Positions 1 to 9,425 are shown, numbered from the stretch's first letter. The stretch: DNA of 64,000 nucleotides from Bdellovibrionales bacterium (GCA_965242515.1 OZ251448.1:1300692-1364691), one strand, 5' to 3'. Notes: a model not told the origin generated them from the letters alone. Program-made: numbers and translations.

Positions 1-1
1 T

Positions 2-508
2 TATCAATTAGATTTTATTGAAGAATATAATGATAGTTATATATTAAATAATGTAAGTGAAACAAAATATCCTACACATAAAGAAGGTAATAAATGGGAA
101 TGTCCTTCTGAATTACAATTTGTTGTAAGAAGACATCATGATTATATTAAAAACTTTATTCCAGATGATGGTGAAAACGATGATGTTCAGCAATTAGGGG
201 ATAAAGAAAAAGGTTGTAAAGATTCTTCGGCGGATGAAGATAAGCTACAAATTGTTAAACAAGTATTACCTACTGGTTGGAATATTAATATTGAAAAAAA
301 ATGTATTTCTCCTCAAAAAACTAATTATATATGTTACGATGATCTCACACGCATATTAAGAGGTCAAATTGATAATCTCCATAAAACAGGTAAGTATCCT
401 CGGGTACTGAAAAATTCAGGTTGTACAGCTAGGGGTGAGGGAAGTAATGAGAATCAGTATCAAATATGCCCTCGTTATTTATCTATTTGTGTAAGAAAAC
501 AGTCTTAA
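2..508 (+). CDS. C-terminal part of a hypothetical Cys-containing protein (5' end outside window)
   Basis: Frame 2 is open from the window edge to TAA at 506-508 (...NQYQICPRYLSICVRKQS*). It is absent from the ORF track only because no start codon lies inside the window. No family recognised. Confidence 0.4.
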   Translation, partial: YQLDFIEEYNDSYILNNVSETKYPTHKEGNKWECPSELQFVVRRHHDYIKNFIPDDGENDDVQQLGDKEKGCKDSSADEDKLQIVKQVLPTGWNINIEKKCISPQKTNYICYDDLTRILRGQIDNLHKTGKYPRVLKNSGCTARGEGSNENQYQICPRYLSICVRKQS

Positions 509-652
509 TAAGGTCATAACAATAGTTTGAGATAACTTAAAAAAGCTTTTTTAGTATTTTTAGCTATAACTAATCTATTATTAATTTATCATTAAACACT
601 TGTTTTTATCATATTTATTGTGCATAACTCAAAAGGGTTAAGTGGGGATGGT

Positions 653-1453
653 ATGATTCGATATATTTTTTTAAAGCTTATTTTTTTAAGCCCTTTGTTT
701 TCTGTGGCTTCCCTTTTACCTCTTGGACCTTTAAGCCTATCTCAAGGAGGTGGGGGAAGAGCTGTTAGCACAAGTGGTGTGGAATATCATTTGTTAAACC
801 CTGCCGTGGTAGCTGACTTTAAAAATACAAAAACTCAGGCTTTTTATGTGTTTAGTGATGACTCTCAATTAAACTATATAGGCTTATCTGTTGGCGAAAA
901 CAATGTAACCCCTATTGCTTTAAGTTTTCTTAAATCTTTACATAGTTCAGAACATCTATTGGCTATAAGTACGGCAGGAGTGATAGTACCCGGGTGGAGC
1001 TTAGGGGTAAGCTTTGACAGATGGCAGGTGGAAAGTAATACTCATTGGAATGTACAAACAGGTTTGTTGATAAAACCCCCGGGTCAAAAAAAAATATCTT
1101 TTGCGGCTACTTGGGATTTTCTTCTCCCCTTAAAAGGGGCTTTTAAAAAAGCAGGTCAAAAAGGAGCTTTAGCTATAATGTACCAACTTAACCAAAGGTT
1201 AAGGGTTAAAATAGATGGCTTGTATGTGTTCACTCTCAAGACCAATCCCTATTGGGTGATGATAGGGGCTTTAGAAAGTGTACTTGCTCAATTTTTAGTT
1301 TTACGGGGAGCTACCAGTTGGAATCAGTTGACAGGCAAGTTTTTATTTTCTGGAGGCTTGGGCTTAAAAGGCAAAACTTTTCATTTTGACTATGGGGTAA
1401 GCCAAAGGCTTGAGGGCTGGACTCAAGCTATCAATGTGAGAGCTTTATTTTGA
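653..1453 (+). CDS. hypothetical outer-membrane beta-barrel-like protein
   Basis: ORF 620-1453. The internal ATG at 653 gives a signal-like N-terminus MIRYIFLKLIFLSPLFSVASL. C-terminus ...INVRALF ends in Phe, as is typical of OMPs. Confidence 0.5.
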   Translation: MIRYIFLKLIFLSPLFSVASLLPLGPLSLSQGGGGRAVSTSGVEYHLLNPAVVADFKNTKTQAFYVFSDDSQLNYIGLSVGENNVTPIALSFLKSLHSSEHLLAISTAGVIVPGWSLGVSFDRWQVESNTHWNVQTGLLIKPPGQKKISFAATWDFLLPLKGAFKKAGQKGALAIMYQLNQRLRVKIDGLYVFTLKTNPYWVMIGALESVLAQFLVLRGATSWNQLTGKFLFSGGLGLKGKTFHFDYGVSQRLEGWTQAINVRALF

Positions 1454-2476
1454 ATTGGCAGGGGTTCTGATAGGTTTTACCCTAAGGGCAATACCTTGTT
1501 TAATTTCTTTGGTTTTGTCTAATGTAAAATTCACAGGGTGTCTCACCCAACCTTCTTGTCCGGGGTAATAGTGGTAACGAGCTAAAGTCCTAATAGCTGC
1601 ATTGTCTAAAACAGTATGACCTGAAGTTTTATGCACCCGGATTTTTTCAACCTCGCCATAAGTATTAACATAGTAGATAAGCTCTACTTCCCCTTCCCAT
1701 TTATTTTCTAAAGCTTGCTCGGGGTAATGGGGGAGAGGGTTACCCTCTTGTTGCCTTAACTGAATGTAATCTCTAGCTATTAAGGTGTGAGTATTATCTA
1801 CTAATTTCTCTGTTGGTAATTTGTCTATTGGGTCTGGTACTTCTTTTGCAGTTTGTACTTGCTTTTTTTGTAAAGCACTGGGGAGAGTGGGAGTTGGTGG
1901 TAGTATCGGGGGTGTTTTATTAGAGCTTTGAGGGTTTATTTTTGCAAGGGCATTATCTTGAAGCTTTGTAAAATCAGATTTTTTTAATTTTTTAAGAGGA
2001 AGTGGAGCTTTTGGTTTTTGGGTGGCAAGGTTTAAGGGGCTTTTAACTTTTGATTTTTTTACTGGTTTTTTTGCTATTTTGTTTGCTGGTTTGTGTATTG
2101 GTTTGTGTATTGGTTTTTTGAGTGGTTTTTTTACTGGTTTTTGTACTATAGCTTTTTTTACAGGGCCAGGAGAAGCCAGTGTGGGTTTTATCGCAACAGG
2201 TTTTGTAGTTTGGGCTTTTACAACATTTTTTGTAGCCTTAGGTACTGGTTTTTTTTTGTTAGGGTTTGTATTTGCAGTTTCTATAATAGTTTTTGCAGGA
2301 TTTTTGGCAGGGGTTTCTACAGGAGTTTCTATAGGGAGTGTATGAGTACTGCCATCTTTTTGCATGGTATTTTGCAACATATTTTGTTGAAGTAGAGGGT
2401 TTTTAGCAAGTATGACCATCCCTAATGCCACATGTAAGACAAAAGAACAGCAAATAAAAAACAAAATTCTGCTCAT
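1445..2476 (-). CDS. tonB: TonB-family energy transducer
   Basis: N-terminal TM (ILFFICCSFVLHVALGMVILA), long Pro/Lys-rich spacer (KKPVKKPLKKPIHKPIHKPANK...) and C-terminal TonB-type domain (WEGEVELIYYVNTYGEVEKIRVHKTSGHTVLDNAAIRTLARYHYYP). Confidence 0.75.
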   Translation of the reverse strand: MSRILFFICCSFVLHVALGMVILAKNPLLQQNMLQNTMQKDGSTHTLPIETPVETPAKNPAKTIIETANTNPNKKKPVPKATKNVVKAQTTKPVAIKPTLASPGPVKKAIVQKPVKKPLKKPIHKPIHKPANKIAKKPVKKSKVKSPLNLATQKPKAPLPLKKLKKSDFTKLQDNALAKINPQSSNKTPPILPPTPTLPSALQKKQVQTAKEVPDPIDKLPTEKLVDNTHTLIARDYIQLRQQEGNPLPHYPEQALENKWEGEVELIYYVNTYGEVEKIRVHKTSGHTVLDNAAIRTLARYHYYPGQEGWVRHPVNFTLDKTKEIKQGIALRVKPIRTPANSK

Positions 2477-2545
2477 AGTTTCATATCCTATTTCATATCC
2501 TATAGTTTCATATCTTATAGTTTTATATCCTGTTTCATATCCTTT
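2477..2545. repeat. five short direct repeats TTTCATATCCT directly 5' of the tonB start
   Basis: Copies at about 2479, 2491, 2506, 2521 and 2533. On the coding (minus) strand each reads AGGATATGAAA, i.e. SD-like AGGA plus ATG. Confidence 0.6.
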
Positions 2546-2583
2546 TTAAAGCCCCCTACCTTTAGTTTATCGGATACATAGTT

Positions 2584-3675
2584 TTAAAACTTTAAAGTTT
2601 GTAAGTAAAATTTACGAGCTTTTTTTATAGCCATATTAGCGGATTTCAGAGAGGTTTTTTTTCTTTTACTTAAAATTTTGGTCTTTAAGTGCTGAGCTCT
2701 TTGGACTTTAGTAGGAAAATCTTTTATTTTTTTAAAGTTTTTTCTTAAAAAACCCGGCAGAGTAAAAGGCGGGTTTTCACCATATAGTAAAATATCCACC
2801 CCGGCTTTAAGAGCTTTTACAGCAGCTACCATTCTACTTTCTTTAGAGCTATTGTTAGAAGATTTAAAAAAACTAGATACAGCTTTCATATTCATATCGT
2901 CTGAAATAATAAGACCTTTAAATTTCATCGTTTTTCTTAAAAGTTTATCTAAAATTTTTTTTGAAAAAGTAGCAGGATAATGAGCATCTAAATAAGTATA
3001 AAGCACATGAGCTGTCATTATACATTCTGTATTTAAATTAATGGCTGATTGAAAAACCTCTAGTTGTTGGTAAATATCTTTAAAAGACCTATTATCAACA
3101 GGTAGTGTGTGGTGCGAATCAGCCTTAACCCCCCCATGCCCTGGAAAATGCTTTACACAAGAGATGATTTGAGCTTTTTTTGCTCCGCTTAAAAAACTCC
3201 TTCCCCTGCTCATTACCTCTTTAGGAGTTTTAGCAAAAAGGCGAGATTGAAACAATGTGCTTTTTACCGTTTCCACATCTAAACATGGGGCAAAATTAAT
3301 ATCCACGCCTAAGTGATAAAGCTCACGGTGGTAAAAATAAGCACTTTGTTTTATTTCTTCTAAAGTCAAAAAAGATAGATCACAAGCTGAAGGTCTAACC
3401 CCTATTTGTGTGATATGTTTTAGCCTATCTACTGTGCCTCCTTCTCGATCGATAGTGATAAGGGGGGAGGGTTTGAGGCTTTTTATTTCACAACATAGTT
3501 CGTAACATTGAGTAATAGATACAATGTTTCTTTTAAATAAAATAATGCCAAAAATTTCTTCTTCTTCAATAAATTGCTTTTCTTGTTGTGATAGATAAGG
3601 ACCTTTAAGCCCTATACATAATAGTTGTCCTGGTTTTTGTCCATGTTTTTGTCCGGGCTTTTTTATTTGCACCAT
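2584..3675 (-). CDS. nagZ: beta-N-acetylhexosaminidase (GH3, NagZ-type)
   Basis: KHFPGHGGVKADSHHTLPVD motif and IISDDMNMKA nucleophile region. Size 363 aa. 1-bp overlap with the upstream permease gene. Confidence 0.85.
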   Translation of the reverse strand: MVQIKKPGQKHGQKPGQLLCIGLKGPYLSQQEKQFIEEEEIFGIILFKRNIVSITQCYELCCEIKSLKPSPLITIDREGGTVDRLKHITQIGVRPSACDLSFLTLEEIKQSAYFYHRELYHLGVDINFAPCLDVETVKSTLFQSRLFAKTPKEVMSRGRSFLSGAKKAQIISCVKHFPGHGGVKADSHHTLPVDNRSFKDIYQQLEVFQSAINLNTECIMTAHVLYTYLDAHYPATFSKKILDKLLRKTMKFKGLIISDDMNMKAVSSFFKSSNNSSKESRMVAAVKALKAGVDILLYGENPPFTLPGFLRKNFKKIKDFPTKVQRAQHLKTKILSKRKKTSLKSANMAIKKARKFYLQTLKF

Positions 3676-4526
3676 TAGGACACCACTTTATTGACAGGTA
3701 GGAAGTATTTTCTTAAAGCTTCGGCAAATAATTGAAAGCTTAAAGTCAGGGTGAAAAGGGCAAGCCCCGGAAATAATGCAATATGAGGGGCTGTTATAAG
3801 TGTTGTTCTGCCTTGGCTCATAAGCCTTCCCCAACTGGGTATATTTTGTGGTAATCCCAAACCTAAAAAGCTTAAGCCCGCTTCAGCAATAACCACAGCA
3901 CTTAGAGAAAACATCACTTGCACTAATATCACTCCCAGTACATTAGGTGTTATGTGTTTTACCAAAAGCCTTATACTGCTTGCTCCATAAGAAAAAGCTG
4001 CTAAAACATAATCTTGTTTTTTTAAATAAAGCACTTCTGCTCTTAAAACTCTGGCAAACCCCGCCCAACCTGTTACACACAAAGCAAAAATTAAATGATA
4101 TAATCCAGCCCCCCACATAGCAAGTACCGCTAAGGCTAATAAAAACTTAGGGAAAGCAAATACTAAATCCACACACCTCATAAGTATTTGATCCACTATC
4201 CCTTCATACCAAGCAGCTATTCCTCCAATAATGACACCTATAAGTAAATTAATACACACCACACTCAAAGCAACTGTTAAAGATATTCTGGCTCCTAAAA
4301 GCATTTGTATACCTAAATCCACTCCATTTTCATCTAAACCAAAGGGGTGTTGCAAGCTTGGAGCTTCAAAAGCTTTGCTTAAATCCATAGGTAACATGTA
4401 TTGGGATAAAATGTGTTGTGATGGGATAAAAAAAGGACCAAGAAAAGAAATAGCAACCATCGTGCAAAACAGGCTTACCCCCCATTTCATCTCAGTGTTA
4501 AAAAATCTTTTTTGTGTCATAGTCAA
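3675..4526 (-). CDS. ABC transporter permease, DppC/OppC type
   Basis: Six-TM binding-protein-dependent permease fold. Conserved loop region AAFSYGASSIRLLVKHITPNVLGVILV. Confidence 0.85.
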   Translation of the reverse strand: MTMTQKRFFNTEMKWGVSLFCTMVAISFLGPFFIPSQHILSQYMLPMDLSKAFEAPSLQHPFGLDENGVDLGIQMLLGARISLTVALSVVCINLLIGVIIGGIAAWYEGIVDQILMRCVDLVFAFPKFLLALAVLAMWGAGLYHLIFALCVTGWAGFARVLRAEVLYLKKQDYVLAAFSYGASSIRLLVKHITPNVLGVILVQVMFSLSAVVIAEAGLSFLGLGLPQNIPSWGRLMSQGRTTLITAPHIALFPGLALFTLTLSFQLFAEALRKYFLPVNKVVS

Positions 4527-4535
4527 TAAAAAAAA

Positions 4536-5477
4536 TTACGAGGTTTTAAATTTTGGTTGAAGTATCTGATACAAGCTATCTGTTATAAGGTTTATGAGTA
4601 CATAAATAACAGCAATAAGGAGAACGACCCCTTGTACCACAGGGTAATCTCTTTTTTGGATGGATTCTAAAAGTAAAAGCCCAAGTCCTGGCCAATCAAA
4701 AATACTTTCTACGATGACTGTACCCGTTAATAAAGCACTTAATTGCAAACCTAAAACAGTCACTATAGGGATCACTGCGTTTTTAAATGCATGTATGAGA
4801 TAAATGTTTTTAGGTGATACCCCTTTAGCATGGGCTGTGCGTATATAGTCTAAATGCCATACTTCCCATAAAGAGGCTCTGCTTATTTTTAATAATACTC
4901 CCCCCAGAGGCAAGCTTAAGCTCATAGCTGGTAATATAATGTGGCGAAAATCCCAGTGAAAAAAAAAGCTGTTTTCCACCACATTTTCTCCCATGCCACT
5001 TACAGGTAGTAGTTGCCACTTAACGGCAAAAAGCCAAATGAAGAAGGGGGCTGAAAAAAAAACAGGCACGGATAGGCATATAAGAGAAAATACAGATAAC
5101 AACATATCCCAGCTTCCTTGTTTGTGAACGCAAAATATACCAGCTCCAATTCCCCAAACCCCAGCCCAAAAAAAAGCAACCAGGGCTAAAATTATGGTGG
5201 CAGGTAAGGCACGCCATAACTCGTCCACTACAGTTTTTTTAGAATAAACAGATCTACCTAAATCACCAGCTATAAGTTTTTTTAAAAACAAGCCATATTG
5301 AGTGATAAGGCTTTGGTCTAGGGAAAGCTGTTGAGTAATACGCCTTTTATCTTCTACGGAGGCTTTATCACCTAAAATAAGATCGACTGGATCTCCGGGT
5401 ACGATATGGATTAGAAAAAAACTAAAACTACAGACGGCAAAAAGTACTAAAACACTAAACAATAAGCGATGGAACAT
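4536..5477 (-). CDS. ABC transporter permease, DppB/OppB type
   Basis: N-terminal HIVPGDPVDLILG motif and EAA-type loop YIRTAHAKGVSPKNIYLIHAFKNAVIPIVT. Confidence 0.85.
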   Translation of the reverse strand: MFHRLLFSVLVLFAVCSFSFFLIHIVPGDPVDLILGDKASVEDKRRITQQLSLDQSLITQYGLFLKKLIAGDLGRSVYSKKTVVDELWRALPATIILALVAFFWAGVWGIGAGIFCVHKQGSWDMLLSVFSLICLSVPVFFSAPFFIWLFAVKWQLLPVSGMGENVVENSFFFHWDFRHIILPAMSLSLPLGGVLLKISRASLWEVWHLDYIRTAHAKGVSPKNIYLIHAFKNAVIPIVTVLGLQLSALLTGTVIVESIFDWPGLGLLLLESIQKRDYPVVQGVVLLIAVIYVLINLITDSLYQILQPKFKTS

Positions 5478-5591
5478 AAAGTATTATTCTCCTTAAAATT
5501 TTAGCTTTTTTTAAGTTTTTTTTATAAACTTTAAAGGAAGTTAAGAAAAAAACTTTGTTTTAAAAGCTTTAATGATTTTAAAATATACTAT

Positions 5592-7610
5592 ATGAACTGT
5601 AAAAACACTTGTAAATATTTAAAATCTCAAGGTCAACTATCTATCTTTGCAGCCTTGGTGTTTCAAACTTTATTTGTGCTATTTGCTATGTCTTTAAATG
5701 TGGCTTTAGTAGTGCATGATAAAATTAACTTACAAAATTCTGTGGACTTAGCTGCTTATTACGGAGCGATGAAGCAAGCAGAACTCTTAAACACTGTAGC
5801 TCATATTAATTATCAGATTCGTCAATCCTGGAAACTGCTTGTGTGGAGAAATATCATATTAGGTAGTCTACAAAAAGATTTAGGTACACCATTAAGTAGC
5901 ACACATGATGGTCGGTTTGTACCTTATACTTATAGAGGAAATCCTCTGTATGTTACTTGTATGTCTCATCAACAATGGGGACAGTTACTTGGTGAACATA
6001 TTTCGAACCCAGACAGAGATGCTGTATGTAATCGAGCTGGGTTCCCATTACCTTTTCATAGAGTGCCATCAAGCGGGGGGGGTGGGAGTTGGAGTGGTTT
6101 AGGAGCTTTCATTGCGGGAGTGCAAACCGCTAATGACAACTTAGAGAAGACATGTAACAGATATGGTTTTAACTCTTGGTTTTTTGCTTTTCAGTCTTTA
6201 ATGCTCTTTCAAAGAGATCAAAGCAAGAGAAAAAAGCTTATCTATAAAATTGTGAACCTGCTTATGGACAAAGACTTAGACTTAGACGGTGAGCTTATTG
6301 AAAAGGGTGCCAGAAAAACCTTATACCACAATCTTACCTATATTAATCAGAAATCTATAAGTGATGAGAATGATCCTGCATTTGAGTTTCATAATTCTTT
6401 AAAAGACTTAAGAACAGATTGGTTGAAAGACCCATGGTTTAAACCTTATCTTTATTATTTACACAGTAAAGGAGACTTAGACTCACGCAACAACAATTGC
6501 CCATATCATCCGGCAAATGTGTTAACTAAACCTCATGAGTTAATATGCCCTGGTGGGGTTTGTCCGCATTTTATAAACGAGGCTATGAATAATTTTCGCT
6601 TGCAAGGAGATGGTACTTTCAAAGATAGTAATATTTACCCTATGTCAGCAGGGTTATATAAAGATCAAACAAAAATAATTTTTTATGCTGTTAAGGCAAC
6701 ATTACCTTATAAAGGGCAGATTTTTTTACCAGCTAATCTTAAACTTCAGGCTTATGCTGTAGCAAAGCCTTTTGGTGGTCGTATTGGTCCACCATTAAAT
6801 GTAGATAAATTGTTACCTAAACATGGTAGGAGTCCTTCATCCCTCACAGATGCTTATACGCATTATGGGCTTAATTATTCTCGTTATCCAAATGATCAAT
6901 TTGGACTTAAATCTCAAATATCTCATTTTGTGTGGAAAACTCATTTATGGAAAGTACATCTAAACCATCAAAAAAACATGCATTATTATTATAGAGGTGC
7001 TACTACTGATGATATTTTAGTTAGGAAAAGTATAGGTTCCAATCAACTGGATACCGAAGCTCGCAAATGGGAGATTTTAGCCATTGCCCCTGATTTATTT
7101 GATGTTACCTATTTTAGTATTATGCCAGAGTTTATGAGTACTTATTATAAAAGATTAGAGAAAACATCGATAAAAAACTTTGTCGTAGCAGATTTAGGTT
7201 GGGAAGGTAATCACCGTGACTACAAAAATATTTTTCATTATCAAATAGAGAAAGTTAAAGGGGATTTACGAGGCATGGCTCCACTTTTTTATAAAATTAC
7301 AAAGATGACACAGCTTTTAACGGGTTGGAATCCTCCCCGAGAAAAATACAAAGATACTGATGTCTATACCCCTAATGACTATAGTGATTTTACTTTTAGT
7401 GAATGCGATAATGCTGCAGTTACATGGAAACCATCTTTTCCAGTAGATCGAAAAGTAGCTACAGGATGTAAGAGTGGGAGCAAACAAAATGGTAGATTTT
7501 TAAGTGGTAGATCCGGCTATTCTGTAAAACTGATTTCTCCTTGTCTTGTAAAAACAGAAGACACCGGGGATTTGTTAGCTGGTATTGATTGCCAGCCCGT
7601 CGGACCTTAA
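5592..7610 (+). CDS. membrane-anchored protein with TadE/TadG-like N-terminal motif
   Basis: N-terminal TM and motif LSIFAALVFQTLFVLFAMSLNVALVVHDKINLQNSVDLAAYYGA resemble the Tad (Flp-pilus TadG-like) N-domain. The remaining 600 aa are unrecognised. Confidence 0.5.
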   Translation: MNCKNTCKYLKSQGQLSIFAALVFQTLFVLFAMSLNVALVVHDKINLQNSVDLAAYYGAMKQAELLNTVAHINYQIRQSWKLLVWRNIILGSLQKDLGTPLSSTHDGRFVPYTYRGNPLYVTCMSHQQWGQLLGEHISNPDRDAVCNRAGFPLPFHRVPSSGGGGSWSGLGAFIAGVQTANDNLEKTCNRYGFNSWFFAFQSLMLFQRDQSKRKKLIYKIVNLLMDKDLDLDGELIEKGARKTLYHNLTYINQKSISDENDPAFEFHNSLKDLRTDWLKDPWFKPYLYYLHSKGDLDSRNNNCPYHPANVLTKPHELICPGGVCPHFINEAMNNFRLQGDGTFKDSNIYPMSAGLYKDQTKIIFYAVKATLPYKGQIFLPANLKLQAYAVAKPFGGRIGPPLNVDKLLPKHGRSPSSLTDAYTHYGLNYSRYPNDQFGLKSQISHFVWKTHLWKVHLNHQKNMHYYYRGATTDDILVRKSIGSNQLDTEARKWEILAIAPDLFDVTYFSIMPEFMSTYYKRLEKTSIKNFVVADLGWEGNHRDYKNIFHYQIEKVKGDLRGMAPLFYKITKMTQLLTGWNPPREKYKDTDVYTPNDYSDFTFSECDNAAVTWKPSFPVDRKVATGCKSGSKQNGRFLSGRSGYSVKLISPCLVKTEDTGDLLAGIDCQPVGP

Positions 7611-7627
7611 TGTTATACTAAAGTATT

Positions 7628-7825
7628 TTACACTAAAGTACTGGGCCATATAATAGGTACATCTGTATCTAAAATGATAGTGTTTTGATTATATGTAGTA
7701 GTGATTGTTTGGTATAAATTAGTAAATCGCCACATATTAGCCTTGCTATGTATTGGGTTTTTTAGTGTGACAAAAAAACTACTAAAAAATAAAAAAATAA
7801 AAAAATACGCTTTAAGTGTTTTCAT
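7628..7825 (-). CDS. small secreted peptide precursor (65 aa), hypothetical
   Basis: Signal-like MKTLKAYFFIFLFFSSFFVTL...HSKA. G-rich SD (AAAGGGGGGAAG) ends 6 nt before the ATG. The ORF starts 18 nt after the stop of the regulator gene upstream. Confidence 0.45.
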   Translation of the reverse strand: MKTLKAYFFIFLFFSSFFVTLKNPIHSKANMWRFTNLYQTITTTYNQNTIILDTDVPIIWPSTLV

Positions 7826-7843
7826 TATTATCTTCCCCCCTTT

Positions 7844-9121
7844 TTATTTTAATAGGATTTTTGTTGCTTTATTCATATAATAACCTTCTTTTTTTCTAAA
7901 AATGTATTGTGGCTTTTCTTGGTTAGGTTCTATCATTTTGCGTAATCTTTTAATGGTGACATAAATTTTATTATCATGGACTAAAGGGTCATAATCTTGT
8001 TTCCACACTTTGGTCACTAAATCTTCTTTAGAATAAATAGTACCTGGTTGTGTAACAAATAGTTTTAATAAATCTAACAAAACAAACTGATTTTTAAAAT
8101 TAACATTTCCTTTTTGTTTTTCCACAATAAGTTTATTGTTGAAGTTCACTACCATATCGTAACTTACGATATTTTCGTTTAATTTTTGTAATGTGTGATT
8201 GATATTTCTGGAAAGCTTTTTAAACACATCCGGGCGAGCTGATTTTTGAGCAAGCTTTAAAAACACAATGGCTTGGTTGTAATCTTTTTTTTCCATATAA
8301 TTAAAGCCCATGCAATAAAATAAATAAGGGCATATATATTGTTTTTCGCAAGATTTTTGAGACTGTTCAAAACACATCCAATACAGGTTTTCAGCAGATG
8401 TGTACTTTTGTTCTTTCCTTAAAATGTTGGCTTTTAAAATAAGACTTGCTAGGTGAAGTTTATCTAAATCTTGTCTAATAGTGGTGAGCTGGTATCTTTC
8501 ATAAAAAGTGGGACTTGGGTCTTCGTTGGTGGATTTTTCTTTTTTTACTTTAGCTTCTAAATGCAGACATTGGTTTAATAAATGCTCTAAATTGTTTAAT
8601 TCTTGTACAGCTTCCGGGATGCGATGGGCTGTGTGTTGCAGTAAATAAGTCAAGCCATAAGAAATAAAACACATATTTACCTTAGCACTCAGTAAAGCTA
8701 AAGAATCACTTTGTTGCAGTGCCGATGCTTGATCTCTTCCTGCTCGCATGGTCCCTTGGTTAAAATAATTTTGAGCTTGTTCGTATTCGTTTCTTCTACA
8801 GTAATACATGCCTAAAGTATAATAAAAAATAGCTTCATCTTTAGTGGTGTTTTTTTGTTTCCATAGCACATCAGTTATTTCTTGCCGTACAGTTTTGATT
8901 TGATCAAATTGCTCCATCTCCGTATAAATCACCATTAAAAAAGTTTGAATTTTAAGATATGTTTTGTATTGAGCTGTTTGTAGAAAATAATGACGAGCTG
9001 ATTTAAACGATTCGGTCGCAGAAATAAAATCACCCACTGCCATATAACTTACACCTAGCTTAAACAAATACTCCGCTTGTGCGGGGGATGAGCTATGAAG
9101 ATTTGAGCGTGTAAGATCCAT
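7844..9121 (-). CDS. transcriptional regulator: N-terminal TPR-like repeats plus C-terminal OmpR/PhoB-type winged helix
   Basis: TPR-like units include AEYLFKLGVSYMAVGDFISATESFKSA, YYTLGMYYCRRNEYEQAQNYFNQG and YCMGFNYMEKKDYNQAIVFLKLA. C-terminal Trans_reg_C-like segment: LLDLLKLFVTQPGTIYSKEDLVTKVWKQDYDP..KIYVTIKRLRKMIE..YIFRKKEGYYM. Confidence 0.7.
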   Translation of the reverse strand: MDLTRSNLHSSSPAQAEYLFKLGVSYMAVGDFISATESFKSARHYFLQTAQYKTYLKIQTFLMVIYTEMEQFDQIKTVRQEITDVLWKQKNTTKDEAIFYYTLGMYYCRRNEYEQAQNYFNQGTMRAGRDQASALQQSDSLALLSAKVNMCFISYGLTYLLQHTAHRIPEAVQELNNLEHLLNQCLHLEAKVKKEKSTNEDPSPTFYERYQLTTIRQDLDKLHLASLILKANILRKEQKYTSAENLYWMCFEQSQKSCEKQYICPYLFYCMGFNYMEKKDYNQAIVFLKLAQKSARPDVFKKLSRNINHTLQKLNENIVSYDMVVNFNNKLIVEKQKGNVNFKNQFVLLDLLKLFVTQPGTIYSKEDLVTKVWKQDYDPLVHDNKIYVTIKRLRKMIEPNQEKPQYIFRKKEGYYMNKATKILLK

Positions 9122-9253
9122 TTATCCTATACCTTTAATATTCTTATTCAATATTTTTAGTACTTTTTTTAGTACTATTTTTGGTACTAATATTTTAGCA
9201 CTCACATTTTTTTACACTTTATATATGATAGCTGTATGGCTTTTAAGCATCTA

Positions 9254-9310
9254 ATGTATAGTACTTATGTATAGTACTTATATATAGTACTTATATGCAC
9301 TTATATAGCA
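9254..9310. repeat. about 4 copies of a 13-bp tandem repeat (ATGTATAGTACTT)
   Basis: atgtatagtactt atgtatagtactt atatatagtactt atatgcactt atatagca, in the lon/regulator intergenic region. Confidence 0.7.
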
Positions 9311-9322
9311 TCTCATATATAT

Positions 9323-9349
9323 AGCACGCTGATGATTTTTCATCGTGCT
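9323..9349 (-). terminator. possible hairpin terminator downstream of lon
   Basis: agcacgctgatga-tttt-tcatcgtgct imperfect hairpin, about 80-100 nt 3' of the lon stop. No clean U-tract. Confidence 0.3.
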
Positions 9350-9425
9350 TATGCCAGCTCAAGGTGTAAGAGTATTGTCGTGCTGTGTCAAGAGTTTTTT
9401 TAAAAAAATAATATATGAGTATATA

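Noticed and set aside
2022-2395. Plus-strand ORFs 2022-2345 and 2093-2395
   Set aside because: They are antisense to the Pro/Lys-rich spacer of tonB. The open frames are a by-product of the low-complexity repeat.
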